Source: Bacillota bacterium (GTDB taxonomy: Bacteria > Bacillota > SHA-98 > UBA4971). Taken from it: DNA of 64,000 nucleotides. The notes beneath the pieces are model-generated. The model was given only the letters and a program-made list of their open reading frames with translations, did no database searches and had not been told where the DNA came from. This document shows, in pieces, positions 18,620-28,822 of this stretch (position 1 is its first letter; each line of letters starts with the position of its first letter). The translations under genes were made by a program, and so were the position numbers. Location of the stretch: positions 74,165 to 138,164 of the forward strand of contig JBLNDE010000064.1 of assembly GCA_050261335.1 (NCBI GenBank), written 5' to 3'.

Positions 18620-20233
18620 TCACCGTGAGAAGCGTCCTGACCCGAGCAGTAAGGCCACAAGCCTCGCAGCGGCGTGATTGGATGACAAGACGACTGCGCC
18701 CGCGTCGCGAAGGGCTTTCTCCTGCCCTGCCAGACCCTGCGGATCCCCGGAAGTGCCGACGACCACAGCGATCTGGACGAGGGCCCGGCCTTCGCATCGG
18801 GCGATCTCCGCTGCCTCCCGGACCGCCTCCGCCATCACACCCGCCGGGTCTGGATGACACCCGTACCCGAGCACCACGTCGAAGAGGAGAATGCCGACAT
18901 CGGGATCGCGCGCTTCACGGAGGTATCTCGGCGCACGAAGGCCGGGTTCGAGCATCGGGTGCGGCCGCCCCCTCGTGAAGTAGTCGTCGCCCAGGTCGAC
19001 ACATGTGTGAGCGTGGCTCATCTCCGGGTCCTCGAGCAAGAGCTCCGGCCGCCAGGCAACGTTCGAGTACACCTCTATCCCCGACCGCGCAAGGACCGTC
19101 ATAGTCTCCTCGCACAGAGTACCGCCGCCGTATAGCCCCCGGAGATGGCCGCCCGCGCGGCCTGCGCCGCCGCCCGCACCAGGCAGGCCCGCCACGACGC
19201 CTCGAAGGATCGCCTCCATCTCTTCCTGTGGATACAGTTCCCGGCCCGCCCCCGCGCCTGACAGCGAGCAGGCAACGACGGCGGCCTCCTCGAGGTCTCG
19301 TGCGAACCTCACCTTCCCCGCCCCCGCCCCGGGCAAGTCACCTTCTTCGCCCATGAAACACACGACCGAGGGTTTGCTGCCGCCCTCGAGAGCGGCTATC
19401 ACCCGCCGGCGCACCTCGTCGTGAGGCGGCTTGGATATGACCATCTTCACGGCGGTGGCCTCGTCCTGTTCCAGGATGTCAATCCCCATCAGCGTGGTTA
19501 TGGCCCCGATCTCTCTGCGCAGATCGCGGCCTCCGGTGCCTATGGCATGAGTGATCCCCTCTCCCAGCCTGTCGATGACGGCGAGCGCCTGCTGCAGCCC
19601 CGTTCCCGAGGCCGCCACGATGCCGATGCGCCCGGGCCGCACCTTGTTTGCAAATCCCAGGCCGATGCCCCCAATGACAGCGGTGCCGCAGTCAGGCCCC
19701 ATGACGAGGAGGCCCTCCCTGCGGCCCGTCTCCTTCAAAACCCGCTCGTCCTCGAGCGAGACGTTATCGCTGAAGAGGAATACGTGCAGCCCCCGCCTGA
19801 GGGCTGCGCGTGCCTCGCGCGCTGCATAGGTCCCCGGCACCGAGATCGCGGCGATGCCGCCTCCGCCGATGGGGACCTCCGAAAGCGACGAATAGACCGC
19901 CTCCGGTCGGGTAGGCTCTGCCCCCGTCGTGGGCCTGGGTTTGCTCTCCAGCCTGGCTGCAACCACCTTCCCAGCCTCGTCGAGGATCCGCTCTTCTTCG
20001 CCCACGAGAGCAACGATGAGGTCGTTCGGCCCGGCGTCCTGCAGCTCCGGGTCGGCGAAGCCCATCGCTCGCGCGCTGTCCTTGTTCAAGTCGGTCGCCA
20101 TGCCCACGAGGGCGCTGGTGATCCCGGCAAGCCTCTGCACCTCCTGGGTCAATCTCATCAGGACAACCGAGTCATAGTAGGCGTCCTTCTTGACCGTCAG
20201 CCGCTCGAACACCAGGCATACCTCCTCTGCCAC
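18620..20233 (-). CDS. fdrA: FdrA-family protein (CoA-binding/succinyl-CoA-synthetase-like; AllF-like)
   Basis: N-terminus aligns with E. coli FdrA (…KKDAYYDSVVLMRL…); CoA-ligase-like ATP-grasp/flavodoxin halves. Confidence 0.75.
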   Translation of the reverse strand: MAEEVCLVFERLTVKKDAYYDSVVLMRLTQEVQRLAGITSALVGMATDLNKDSARAMGFADPELQDAGPNDLIVALVGEEERILDEAGKVVAARLESKPRPTTGAEPTRPEAVYSSLSEVPIGGGGIAAISVPGTYAAREARAALRRGLHVFLFSDNVSLEDERVLKETGRREGLLVMGPDCGTAVIGGIGLGFANKVRPGRIGIVAASGTGLQQALAVIDRLGEGITHAIGTGGRDLRREIGAITTLMGIDILEQDEATAVKMVISKPPHDEVRRRVIAALEGGSKPSVVCFMGEEGDLPGAGAGKVRFARDLEEAAVVACSLSGAGAGRELYPQEEMEAILRGVVAGLPGAGGGAGRAGGHLRGLYGGGTLCEETMTVLARSGIEVYSNVAWRPELLLEDPEMSHAHTCVDLGDDYFTRGRPHPMLEPGLRAPRYLREARDPDVGILLFDVVLGYGCHPDPAGVMAEAVREAAEIARCEGRALVQIAVVVGTSGDPQGLAGQEKALRDAGAVVLSSNHAAARLVALLLGSGRFSR

Positions 20234-21132
20234 TCGGCGGCAAGATAGATACCGACCCCCATATCGAACCCGGAGGTTGCACCGATGCTGACAAGCCTTG
20301 TTGCCCCATGAGCCGTTTCGCGTGGTTCACCTGCGAGGAGATAATAGAGGGCGTCCTCCGCGAACTCATGGCCCCTCCCCCCGAGCGCCTCCCGGACAAG
20401 AAACCCGCTTAGAGCATGGGTGCGGCCGAGCGCCTCCCGGACGGCGTCCTCCCAGAACCCATCCGGCTTCCCACACGCCTTCCGCACCACGGCTCTCGCA
20501 AGGCAAAGACCCGCGACCAGATCGTCCCCGCTCGGTGTAAGCCCCGGCCCGAAGCCCACGAGGCCACCAAGGGCCGCGCGCAGCCGCGCGCCGTGTGCGG
20601 CCTCGACCGACGCCCTGAGGCCGTCGACAAGAGCCACGATGCCCCGGCCGGGCACGCCGTTGCCGTCGATGGCCCCGCGAATCGGCGATGGCGCCGGGAC
20701 CCTGAGCAGGGTGTCGAGAAGCGCCCGGAGGTTCGCCTCGCGCACGTCATCCACCATCAACGCGGCAAGCTTGCTTTCCCACGCCATGGCGGAGCCGAAA
20801 TCCACGACGACCTCCGGCCCGAGTCTCACCCACCTCCCGCTGCAGGCCTCGACCTCCAACCCGGGCGCAATCCCGAAGTCGAGGAACGACTCCCCCGCCG
20901 CAACCGCGACTGTGGCCCAGGTCGCTCCGCATCCGCGCGAAAGAGGCAGCAGGGTGAGGAACTCCTGCCCGTCCCACAGGTTGAGGGCCCCTGCGAAGAC
21001 GCTGTGGACCAGATAGCGCCGTACGCCGGAGAGAAGATCGCAAAAGCGCGGCCCTGCCTGAACCGCGCCCAGGTATCTTTGCGCTCCTCCGGCCGGGATC
21101 CTGTCCATCGCCCTCTCCATGACATAGCTCAC
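20197..21132 (-). CDS. DUF2877-family protein (YlbF/AllH-like)
   Basis: Size and position immediately upstream of fdrA; Gly/Ala-rich, no other domain recognised. Confidence 0.55.
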   Translation of the reverse strand: MSYVMERAMDRIPAGGAQRYLGAVQAGPRFCDLLSGVRRYLVHSVFAGALNLWDGQEFLTLLPLSRGCGATWATVAVAAGESFLDFGIAPGLEVEACSGRWVRLGPEVVVDFGSAMAWESKLAALMVDDVREANLRALLDTLLRVPAPSPIRGAIDGNGVPGRGIVALVDGLRASVEAAHGARLRAALGGLVGFGPGLTPSGDDLVAGLCLARAVVRKACGKPDGFWEDAVREALGRTHALSGFLVREALGGRGHEFAEDALYYLLAGEPRETAHGATRLVSIGATSGFDMGVGIYLAAEWQRRYAWCSSG

Positions 21133-21258
21133 CTGGTTTCCTCATTTCAGTAATTCCAAGCCGGCCGGGCGCATACCTTTGTGAAACCATCATAAAGTTC
21201 CGGCGCCTGTTCTGTCACAGTTCCCCCCCTTGCCCCCCTGTCCCTTACGCAGCCGCCG

Positions 21259-22959
21259 CTACGCCCCGGCCTCGTCGGAGCCGTATATCCTGAAGAGCCG
21301 CAGGGCCGTCTGGAGGGTCAGACGCTGGTCGGGATGATACGGGTCGAGGCCCGTCAGCTGCTTGATCTTGTTGAGCCGGTACAGCACGGTGTTATAGTGA
21401 GTGAAGAGTAGCGCTGCGGTCCTTTTGGCATTTCCGTTGGTCTGGAGGTACGTCTCAAGGGTCTTCAGGAGTTCGCCGCCCCTGGATGTGTCATATATCC
21501 GCAGCGGGTCCACCACCTCTGCGGCAAACCTCCTCTGCTCCGCGACATCAGATTGCCCCAGGAGGAGCCGGTATACCCCAAGCGCCTCGTAGTGAACGTC
21601 GCGCCCCCCGCCGAAGATGGTGCGCCCCAGCTCGAGTGACGCGCGCGCTTCACGGTAGCTCTTCCTGAGACCGTCTGCCCCCTTCCCGGGGCGGCCGACC
21701 CCGCACGTAACTGTCCAGCGCTGGATGTTCTTGCGGGCTTTCTTGATGGTGTCGTCCACCCACGCAACAGCGTCGCGGCCTGTAATGCCCTCCGGATGCA
21801 GGAAGAGCAGTATCCCGCTGGCATGGCTGGTGAGTATGTGCTTCAGCCTGTTCCTGCGGCAGAAGTCGCCGAGAATGGTCGTAGCCTGGGCCTTGGCAAG
21901 CTGGCAGGCTCGCTCGTTCTCGGCTATGTTCTCGATCCTGTTGCTGGGTCGCACATCGAGAAGCACGGCCACATACTCGAGGCCAAGGTCCCAACCGAAC
22001 GTCTTCCCCCTCGCCATGAACCTCTCCTGGTCCGGATGGTCGGTGGAGAAGAGCTGGTCCAGGAACTCGGTGCGATACTTCTGTTCCACCTGGACGAGGC
22101 CATGGTGACGGATGATGTCGAAGGATATGAGCGGGCACAGGCGCTCGAGGTTGAGAAGGTCCAGCACGGTAAAGCTATTCTCGAACTTCGCCGCCTTGAT
22201 GGAGCCGAACTGCTCGTTGGCGCTCGTCACCGGCACCCGCACCACCTCGGCCCTGTAACCATCGCCCTCGACCTGCTCGCGCTGGAACGATAGCACTGTG
22301 CCCTCTACGCTGTCGGTGAGCGTCTCGGTGGCAAGGAGATCTGCGGGCCGGTCCAGAATGGTGCGGACGAGGTCTGCCGTCCCCCTGCCCCAGTTCTCAC
22401 CGGCGAACGCTCGACGAAGGTTGAGCGAGTCCTCCACGAGCACGGTGGCCTTGAGCAGGTCCGCGAGGGCGCTTGCGATCTCCTCGAGGCCTCCGCCTTC
22501 CACGATAAGATTCATGAACTTGCGGTGCACAGCCATGCCGAGCTGCACGAACCTCGCCTGGCGATTCACAATCTGCGCCAGCACCGCTGAAATGAGCTCG
22601 GAAAAGCTTACCTCCGGCGGCAACTCGAGAAGCGGCAACCCATACTCGTCCGCAGCCTCTACCATATGAGAAGGCACCGTATCGATGTACCGCTTGGGCT
22701 TGAACGCCACCGCCGCGAGGCCCTTCGCCGCAAGCCTCGGAAGAAGGGTCCTCTGGGCTTCCACGTCGTCCTTGATGGGGTAGCCTGTGGTGAGAAGAAG
22801 GTCCCCCTCCCTGATCCACTCCAGAATGTCTGGCACCTCCATGACATTGACGTTTGTCACGACCCGGCCGAGTCCCTGGCGCCCTCCCGTCACCTTTGCA
22901 CCGATGAACGCCGGGAGCGTGAGGACCTCCTCCACCGTTATGCCGACCTCGTGCAGCAT
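21259..22959 (-). CDS. pucR: PucR-family purine catabolism transcriptional regulator
   Basis: 566 aa, N-terminal PucR-type sensory region, C-terminal PucR HTH (…KRTAALLFTHYNTVLYRLNKIKQLTGLD…). Confidence 0.8.
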   Translation of the reverse strand: MLHEVGITVEEVLTLPAFIGAKVTGGRQGLGRVVTNVNVMEVPDILEWIREGDLLLTTGYPIKDDVEAQRTLLPRLAAKGLAAVAFKPKRYIDTVPSHMVEAADEYGLPLLELPPEVSFSELISAVLAQIVNRQARFVQLGMAVHRKFMNLIVEGGGLEEIASALADLLKATVLVEDSLNLRRAFAGENWGRGTADLVRTILDRPADLLATETLTDSVEGTVLSFQREQVEGDGYRAEVVRVPVTSANEQFGSIKAAKFENSFTVLDLLNLERLCPLISFDIIRHHGLVQVEQKYRTEFLDQLFSTDHPDQERFMARGKTFGWDLGLEYVAVLLDVRPSNRIENIAENERACQLAKAQATTILGDFCRRNRLKHILTSHASGILLFLHPEGITGRDAVAWVDDTIKKARKNIQRWTVTCGVGRPGKGADGLRKSYREARASLELGRTIFGGGRDVHYEALGVYRLLLGQSDVAEQRRFAAEVVDPLRIYDTSRGGELLKTLETYLQTNGNAKRTAALLFTHYNTVLYRLNKIKQLTGLDPYHPDQRLTLQTALRLFRIYGSDEAGA

Positions 22960-23287
22960 GGCCTTGACACCTCCGGGACCTTCTTCGGCTCAGTCAGAAG
23001 AATTCGACAGAAGCCGCCACGGTTCCTCCGACGGCCGCAAAGAGAAAGAGAGAGGAGGCCGCGGACGTGACTTGAGGCGGGGCCATGGGCCGGGCTGTCG
23101 TGGTCGCAAGTCGCCATAAAGCGCCGGTTGAAACTTTATGAACCTTATCCAAAGGACACACACGAGAAGCGAGTAATTAGTGTATTGACAGGTGTCGAAT
23201 CCAGGGCATCCCGGCTTGCGTCGTCGGGGCGCAGTCGCGTAAGTCAGGGTCCGGGAAGTCAATGCAGCGAGAAGGAGGATTCCAGAC

Positions 23288-23962
23288 ATGATCGTTGACA
23301 AGCTGGAGCAGTCTCTTCGTCCGCCCGAGCTAGACATGCCTTCGTATCCCGCCAAGTACATCACGCTCGCATCCGGCGAGAAGATGGTCGTACACCAGGC
23401 AGGCCGCGAGGACGTCCCGCAGCTTCTCGAGGCCGTGAGCCCCCTCGTGACGGTGGAAAAGGACTTCTATGACATCGTGGCTGCCAGGCTTTACGCCGAA
23501 CTCCTCGCCTACCAGCGGTATCGCGTCAAGAACGAGTACGTGCTCGTGGGCACCATCGACGGCGTTATCGTCGGGATCGTCAATGGGAGGATGGTCGACG
23601 AAAACCTTGGGATGTCCTACCACACCGTCGCCATCAAGCGGGGCCTCCGGATCGGCGCCCAGCTCTTCGCGGCCAAGATGGAATACCACATGGACTACCT
23701 GGGCCAGCAGGAAGTGCTCATCGTCGCCGAGAGCCCGATCGGGTATCGGCGATGGATGATCGAGTACGAGCTCGAAAGCCGGCCCGATACCTGGCATGAA
23801 CTGGGTGGCGTCCCGACGCACGTGCTCACGAAGGCCCTGTGGGAGAAGCACAAGCGCATGAAATGCACGGGTCGCAGGCCCGTGTCCTCGGAGATGCTCG
23901 AAATCGCCAGGAAGCTGATTCTACCCTCCGAGTACCCCCAGATTCCGGGCTTCAAACGGTAG
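23288..23962 (+). CDS. GNAT-family N-acetyltransferase-like protein
   Basis: Acetyl-CoA-binding motif-like KRGLRIGAQL; first gene of operon with thiolase + DUF35. Confidence 0.5.
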   Translation: MIVDKLEQSLRPPELDMPSYPAKYITLASGEKMVVHQAGREDVPQLLEAVSPLVTVEKDFYDIVAARLYAELLAYQRYRVKNEYVLVGTIDGVIVGIVNGRMVDENLGMSYHTVAIKRGLRIGAQLFAAKMEYHMDYLGQQEVLIVAESPIGYRRWMIEYELESRPDTWHELGGVPTHVLTKALWEKHKRMKCTGRRPVSSEMLEIARKLILPSEYPQIPGFKR

Positions 23963-23978
23963 GAAAGGTGGGATCACG

Positions 23979-25166
23979 GTGAGGAAGGTTGGAATCGCGG
24001 GCGTGGGGCACACGAAATTCGGACGCGCAGACCTGCCCCTCGTCGACATGCTGGCGCTCGCAGCCCTGGAGGCTCTCGACGACGCGGGGGTCAAGACAGG
24101 AAAGGGTAACGTGGATCAGGTGTTCGTCGCGTCCATGGGGGCCGGGATCCTCAACCGCCAGAGCAGCGTCGCGTCGGCCCTCGTGGACACCCTCGACCTG
24201 CAGCCCGCGATGGCCGAGACCATCGAGAACGGACCCGCATCGGGCGCGTCCGCCGTGAAACTCGGCTACATGGCCATCGCAAGCGGCATGTGTGACGCGG
24301 CTCTCGTGGTTGGCGGCGAACTCATGCGCATCGTGACAGGCTGGGAAGCCACCGACTTCGTCGCCACGATGCTTCATCCCGACGCCGAGTATGCATACGG
24401 TCTCACGCTCCCCGCTTTTGCGGGCATGTTCACCAGGCTCTATATGGACAGGTACGGCGTGACAGAGAAGGACCTCGCCATCGTCGCGGTGAAGAACCAC
24501 GAGCACGCCATGCGCAATCCGGTGGCCCACATACAGCTTGTTCCGAGCTTCCACGCGATCATCGAGGACGAGGACGCCCACGTCATCAACCCTTACGTCG
24601 CGGAGCCCCTCCGCGTGTACGACGTATGCCCCGTCTCTGATGGCGCCGCCGCGCTGGTGCTGTGCGCCATGGATCTTGTGGACCGTTTTCCCAGGAAGCC
24701 CGTGAGGATCGCCGGGATCGGTCAGGCCACCGATACTCACGTCGTGGCAGAACGCGAAATCCCCACGGACCTGCTTGCCGTGCGCCTCGCGGCCGAACGC
24801 GCATACGCTATGGCTGGCCTCACACCCGAAGACATCGACGTAGCAGAGCTGCACGACGCCTTCACGATACTCGAGATAGCCATATCAGAAGAGGCCGGCC
24901 TCTTCCCGAGGGGCGAGGGCCATCTCGCTGCCCGGCGCGGCGATACCCGCGTGGGAGGCAAGCTTCCCATCAATACGTCAGGTGGGCTGAAGGCCAAGGG
25001 ACATCCTCTCGGGGCGACGGGCGTCTCTCAGATCGTCGAGATCGTTCGCCAGCTCCGCGGAGAGGCGGACGGCCGTCAGGTGGAGGGCGCAAAGCACGGC
25101 CTTGCGGTCAACTTCGGCGGCTTCGGAAACAACGTGGTCGCCACGATTCTGACGAAGGAGGGCTGA
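23979..25166 (+). CDS. Thiolase-domain protein (SCP-x/archaeal-type acetyl-CoA C-acyltransferase)
   Basis: GTG start; …VCPVSDGAAALVL… and C-terminal …NTSGGLKAKGHPLGATG… thiolase active-site motifs. Confidence 0.85.
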   Translation: MRKVGIAGVGHTKFGRADLPLVDMLALAALEALDDAGVKTGKGNVDQVFVASMGAGILNRQSSVASALVDTLDLQPAMAETIENGPASGASAVKLGYMAIASGMCDAALVVGGELMRIVTGWEATDFVATMLHPDAEYAYGLTLPAFAGMFTRLYMDRYGVTEKDLAIVAVKNHEHAMRNPVAHIQLVPSFHAIIEDEDAHVINPYVAEPLRVYDVCPVSDGAAALVLCAMDLVDRFPRKPVRIAGIGQATDTHVVAEREIPTDLLAVRLAAERAYAMAGLTPEDIDVAELHDAFTILEIAISEEAGLFPRGEGHLAARRGDTRVGGKLPINTSGGLKAKGHPLGATGVSQIVEIVRQLRGEADGRQVEGAKHGLAVNFGGFGNNVVATILTKEG

Positions 25167-25173
25167 AGAGGCC

Positions 25174-25515
25174 ATGGAGCCCAGGATGTACGCATACAGG
25201 TGCACGGCGTGCGGAAAGCTGTTCCATCCGGCGCGGGCGGTCTGCCGCAGGTGCGGCGGCCGCGGGTTCGAGGCCGTTCCCCTCGAGGGCGAGGGCACGC
25301 TCCTCACCTATACCAGGGTGTACGCCCTTCCCGAGGGTTACATGAAGCCCTGGCTCGGTTTCGGCATCGTCGAGTTCCCGAACGGCCTTCGCGTCTCCGG
25401 CCAGATGAACACGGAGGACCTCGCCGTGGGCATGAAAGTCAGGGCAACGGTGGGCGTAGTCAAGGAAGGCGTGGGCAGAGACTACTACGGCTTCATCTTC
25501 GAGAGGGCGGGCTGA
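25174..25515 (+). CDS. DUF35 OB-fold / rubredoxin-like Zn-ribbon protein (thiolase partner)
   Basis: CTACGK…CRRCGG zinc ribbon followed by OB-fold; canonical thiolase-DUF35 pairing. Confidence 0.8.
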   Translation: MEPRMYAYRCTACGKLFHPARAVCRRCGGRGFEAVPLEGEGTLLTYTRVYALPEGYMKPWLGFGIVEFPNGLRVSGQMNTEDLAVGMKVRATVGVVKEGVGRDYYGFIFERAG

Positions 25516-25585
25516 CAGGCCGGGGAGTCGGATCCGGAAAACGTGCGTGCCACAGTCCGGCCCGGCCGGGCCCATTCCATGGTGC

Positions 25586-25657
25586 AGTCTCGGGCGTTGC
25601 CGAGACGGGGTCCATCGAGTGGAGGCGTCCTCAAGCGGCGCCTCCACTCCTTTTGGG
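25586..25657 (+). terminator. Tandem hairpins; second is a canonical rho-independent terminator (GGAGTGGAGGCG…CGCCTCCACTCC + TTTTGGG)
   Basis: 12-bp GC-rich stem followed by T4; ends the GNAT-thiolase-DUF35 operon and insulates it from atpE2. Confidence 0.8.
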
Positions 25658-25689
25658 AATAACCGCCTTCAGGGCTGAACGTGAAGTAG

Positions 25690-26031
<342 letters not shown>

Positions 26032-26096
26032 CCTGCAATCCGTCCTGCATACACGGGCCCATCGCCCAGAAGCAGCCGCCAGCCTGGAGGGTTGTC

Positions 26097-26597
26097 ATGC
26101 GTCTCGATTATACGTACATCTTCCAAATACTGAATTTCACCGTTCTGTTCCTCGTCCTTCGTCGCTACCTCTTCGGTCCGGTGAAGGCGTACCTGGAGCG
26201 GCGGGAGCGCTTCATCCGCGAGCGAGTCTTGGCCGCTGAGGCCGACAGGGAGCACGCCGCGAGGCTGAGGGGGGAGATGGAGTCCGAGATGTCCAGGGCG
26301 CGCGAGAAGGCCAGGGAGATCACAGATGAGGCCAGGCGCGCGTCGGACCAGATCCGCGCCGAGGCCCGCAAGCTCGCCACGCAGGAAGCCTCGCTCATCA
26401 TGGCCCGGGCCCGCGAGGAGATTGGCCACGAAAGAGAGCGGGCCCTTCAGGACATCCGCAGGGAGGCGGTGGATCTCTCGGTTGCCATTGCCTCACAGGC
26501 CATCCGCGACGCGCTTGATGCTGAGGGCCTTCGCCGCCTCGCGTCCCGCGCCGCACGCGAGCTTGCCGGGGCAACTCCTGGAGGGAAGGTCTCATGA
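26097..26597 (+). CDS. atpF: F0F1 ATP synthase subunit b
   Basis: N-terminal TM then long charged coiled coil (ER-rich). Confidence 0.85.
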   Translation: MRLDYTYIFQILNFTVLFLVLRRYLFGPVKAYLERRERFIRERVLAAEADREHAARLRGEMESEMSRAREKAREITDEARRASDQIRAEARKLATQEASLIMARAREEIGHERERALQDIRREAVDLSVAIASQAIRDALDAEGLRRLASRAARELAGATPGGKVS

Positions 26598-27220
26598 CGG
26601 CAGCGCTGGACCCCGGCACACTTGCAAGGGCCCTGCTCTCCATCGCAAGGGAACGCCTTGACCCCCAGACTGTCGCCGTAGAGCTTGAAGAGGTCGCGAA
26701 GGCGCTGTCGTCGGTATCCCTTCTCAAGCGAACCCTGTCCGACCCGGGCCTTCCCGCCGAAGAGAGGCGATCTGTCGTCTCTGACGTTCTGGGCGGTCTC
26801 TTCTCGCCCGTCACCCTCGGCCTTGTCGATCTGCTCGTAGACGAAAACCTGGTTGACTCCGTCGATGCGGTGGCCAGCGCGTACCGCCGGCTCCTCGACG
26901 AGGACAGAGGCGTGGTACGCGCGCGCGTGACGAGCGCGGTCGAGCTTTCGGCAGGCGACATGGAAGCGCTTCGCACAGGCCTCACCGAGAAACTCGGCGG
27001 TCAGGTGGTCATCGAGCAGGATGTAGACCCTGGAATCCTCGGAGGTCTCATAGTCCAGGTGGGCGACACCGTGCTCGACGGGAGCGTGGCGGGCCGGCTC
27101 CGCAGGCTGCGCGAGGAACTCGACGCCCCCGCACCGGCAGGCTCCGAAGCGTCCCCTGCCGTCGCACCCGAAACGCCGCAAGCGCCTGCAGGGCCGTCTG
27201 CAACGCCGCGGGGAGAGTGA
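26594..27220 (+). CDS. atpH: F0F1 ATP synthase subunit delta (OSCP) with Pro/Ala-rich C-terminal extension
   Basis: ATGA overlap with atpF; position and size; 208 aa versus ~180 typical. Confidence 0.8.
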   Translation: MTAALDPGTLARALLSIARERLDPQTVAVELEEVAKALSSVSLLKRTLSDPGLPAEERRSVVSDVLGGLFSPVTLGLVDLLVDENLVDSVDAVASAYRRLLDEDRGVVRARVTSAVELSAGDMEALRTGLTEKLGGQVVIEQDVDPGILGGLIVQVGDTVLDGSVAGRLRRLREELDAPAPAGSEASPAVAPETPQAPAGPSATPRGE

Positions 27221-28812
27221 CCTTGTTGGAGCTTTCGCCTGAGGCTGTAGCGTCAGCCATACGAGCACGCCTCGCCGAGATACGCCCGAGCCTCGACATA
27301 TACACCCGGGGCACGGTCCTCGAGGTGGGCGATGGAATCGCCCGCCTTTCCGGACTCCGGGGCGCCATGATGAGCGAGCTCGTGGAGTTCCCCAGCGGGG
27401 TGTTGGGGATAATCCTCAACCTCGAAGAGAACACCGTCGGAGTTGCGCTCCTGGGTTCAGACGTGGATGTGAAAGAGGGCGACACCGCGCGCGGCACTGG
27501 CCGGATCATCGAGGTACCGGTCGGTGACGCCCTGGTGGGCAGGGTGGTCAACGCCCTGGGAATGCCCATCGACGAAAAGGGCCCTATAAATCCGCCGACC
27601 CGCCGCCCCATAGAACACCCGGCCCCTGGCATCGCCATGAGGACTCCCGTGTCGGAACCTCTCCAGACTGGACTTCTCGCCATCGACTCCATGATCCCCA
27701 TCGGGCGAGGACAGAGGGAGCTGATCATAGGGGACAGGCAGACCGGAAAGACCGCCATCGCCGTCGACACCATCTTGAACCAGCGAGGCAAGGATGTCAT
27801 CTGCGTGTACGTGGCGATCGGCCAGAAGCGCTCTACCATCGCAAAGCTGGTCAAGCTGTTCGAGGATGAGGGCGCCATGGGCTACACCATCGTGGTGGCG
27901 GCATCCGCGAGTGAGCTTGCGCCGCTTCAGTACATCGCTCCCTACGCCGGCTGCGCCATGGCGGAGGAGTTCATGTACACCGGCCGTCACGCGCTCATCG
28001 TCTACGATGATCTGTCGAAACACGCCATGGCATATAGAGCCACATCCCTCCTCCTCAGGCGCCCGCCGGGGCGCGAGGCGTTCCCGGGAGACATATTCTA
28101 CCTTCACTCGCGACTCCTGGAGCGCTCCGCGAAACTCTCGCCCGACCTCGGCGGCGGCTCGATGACGGCCCTTCCCGTCGTCGAGACGCTTGCTGGCGAC
28201 GTGTCGGCATATATACCGACCAACGCGATCTCCATAACCGACGGGCAGATATACCTCGAAAGCGAGATCTTCTTCTCAGGGGTGAGACCCGCGGTCAACG
28301 TGGGACTCTCCGTGTCGCGGGTCGGAGGCGAGGCGCAGGTGCCTGCCATGAAGAAGGTGGCAGGAAGGCTGCGCCTCGACCTCGCTCAGTACCGGGAGCT
28401 TGCAGAGTTTGCGCAGTTCGGCACGGAACTCGATCCTGAGACGAAGGCCCGCCTGGAAAAGGGAAAGCGCATCGTGGAGGTGCTCAAACAACCGCAGTAC
28501 CAGCCCATGTCAGTGGAGGACCAGGTGATGATCATATTCGCCGTGGTCCGCCGACACCTCGACGACATCCCCGTGGAAGCCATCTCATCCTTCAGGGGCG
28601 AGTTCATCGAGCACATGCACAGGGCGCACCCTGACATCGTCCAGGCCATCGCCTCAGGGAAGGACCTCGATGACGACCTGGAGGCGCGTCTCGTGTCGGC
28701 CATAGGGGAGTTCAAAGAGGTCTTCACGCCGAAAGGCGTGGAGGGCCCCGTCGAGACCTCGCCCAGGAAGGCCGAGGGCGGCATAGAAGGCCAAGTTATC
28801 GAGGGAGCGTGA
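27217..28812 (+). CDS. atpA: F0F1 ATP synthase subunit alpha
   Basis: GDRQTGKT Walker A; GTG start overlapping atpH stop (GTGA). Confidence 0.95.
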   Translation: MTLLELSPEAVASAIRARLAEIRPSLDIYTRGTVLEVGDGIARLSGLRGAMMSELVEFPSGVLGIILNLEENTVGVALLGSDVDVKEGDTARGTGRIIEVPVGDALVGRVVNALGMPIDEKGPINPPTRRPIEHPAPGIAMRTPVSEPLQTGLLAIDSMIPIGRGQRELIIGDRQTGKTAIAVDTILNQRGKDVICVYVAIGQKRSTIAKLVKLFEDEGAMGYTIVVAASASELAPLQYIAPYAGCAMAEEFMYTGRHALIVYDDLSKHAMAYRATSLLLRRPPGREAFPGDIFYLHSRLLERSAKLSPDLGGGSMTALPVVETLAGDVSAYIPTNAISITDGQIYLESEIFFSGVRPAVNVGLSVSRVGGEAQVPAMKKVAGRLRLDLAQYRELAEFAQFGTELDPETKARLEKGKRIVEVLKQPQYQPMSVEDQVMIIFAVVRRHLDDIPVEAISSFRGEFIEHMHRAHPDIVQAIASGKDLDDDLEARLVSAIGEFKEVFTPKGVEGPVETSPRKAEGGIEGQVIEGA

Positions 28813-28822
28813 GCCAGGCCGC

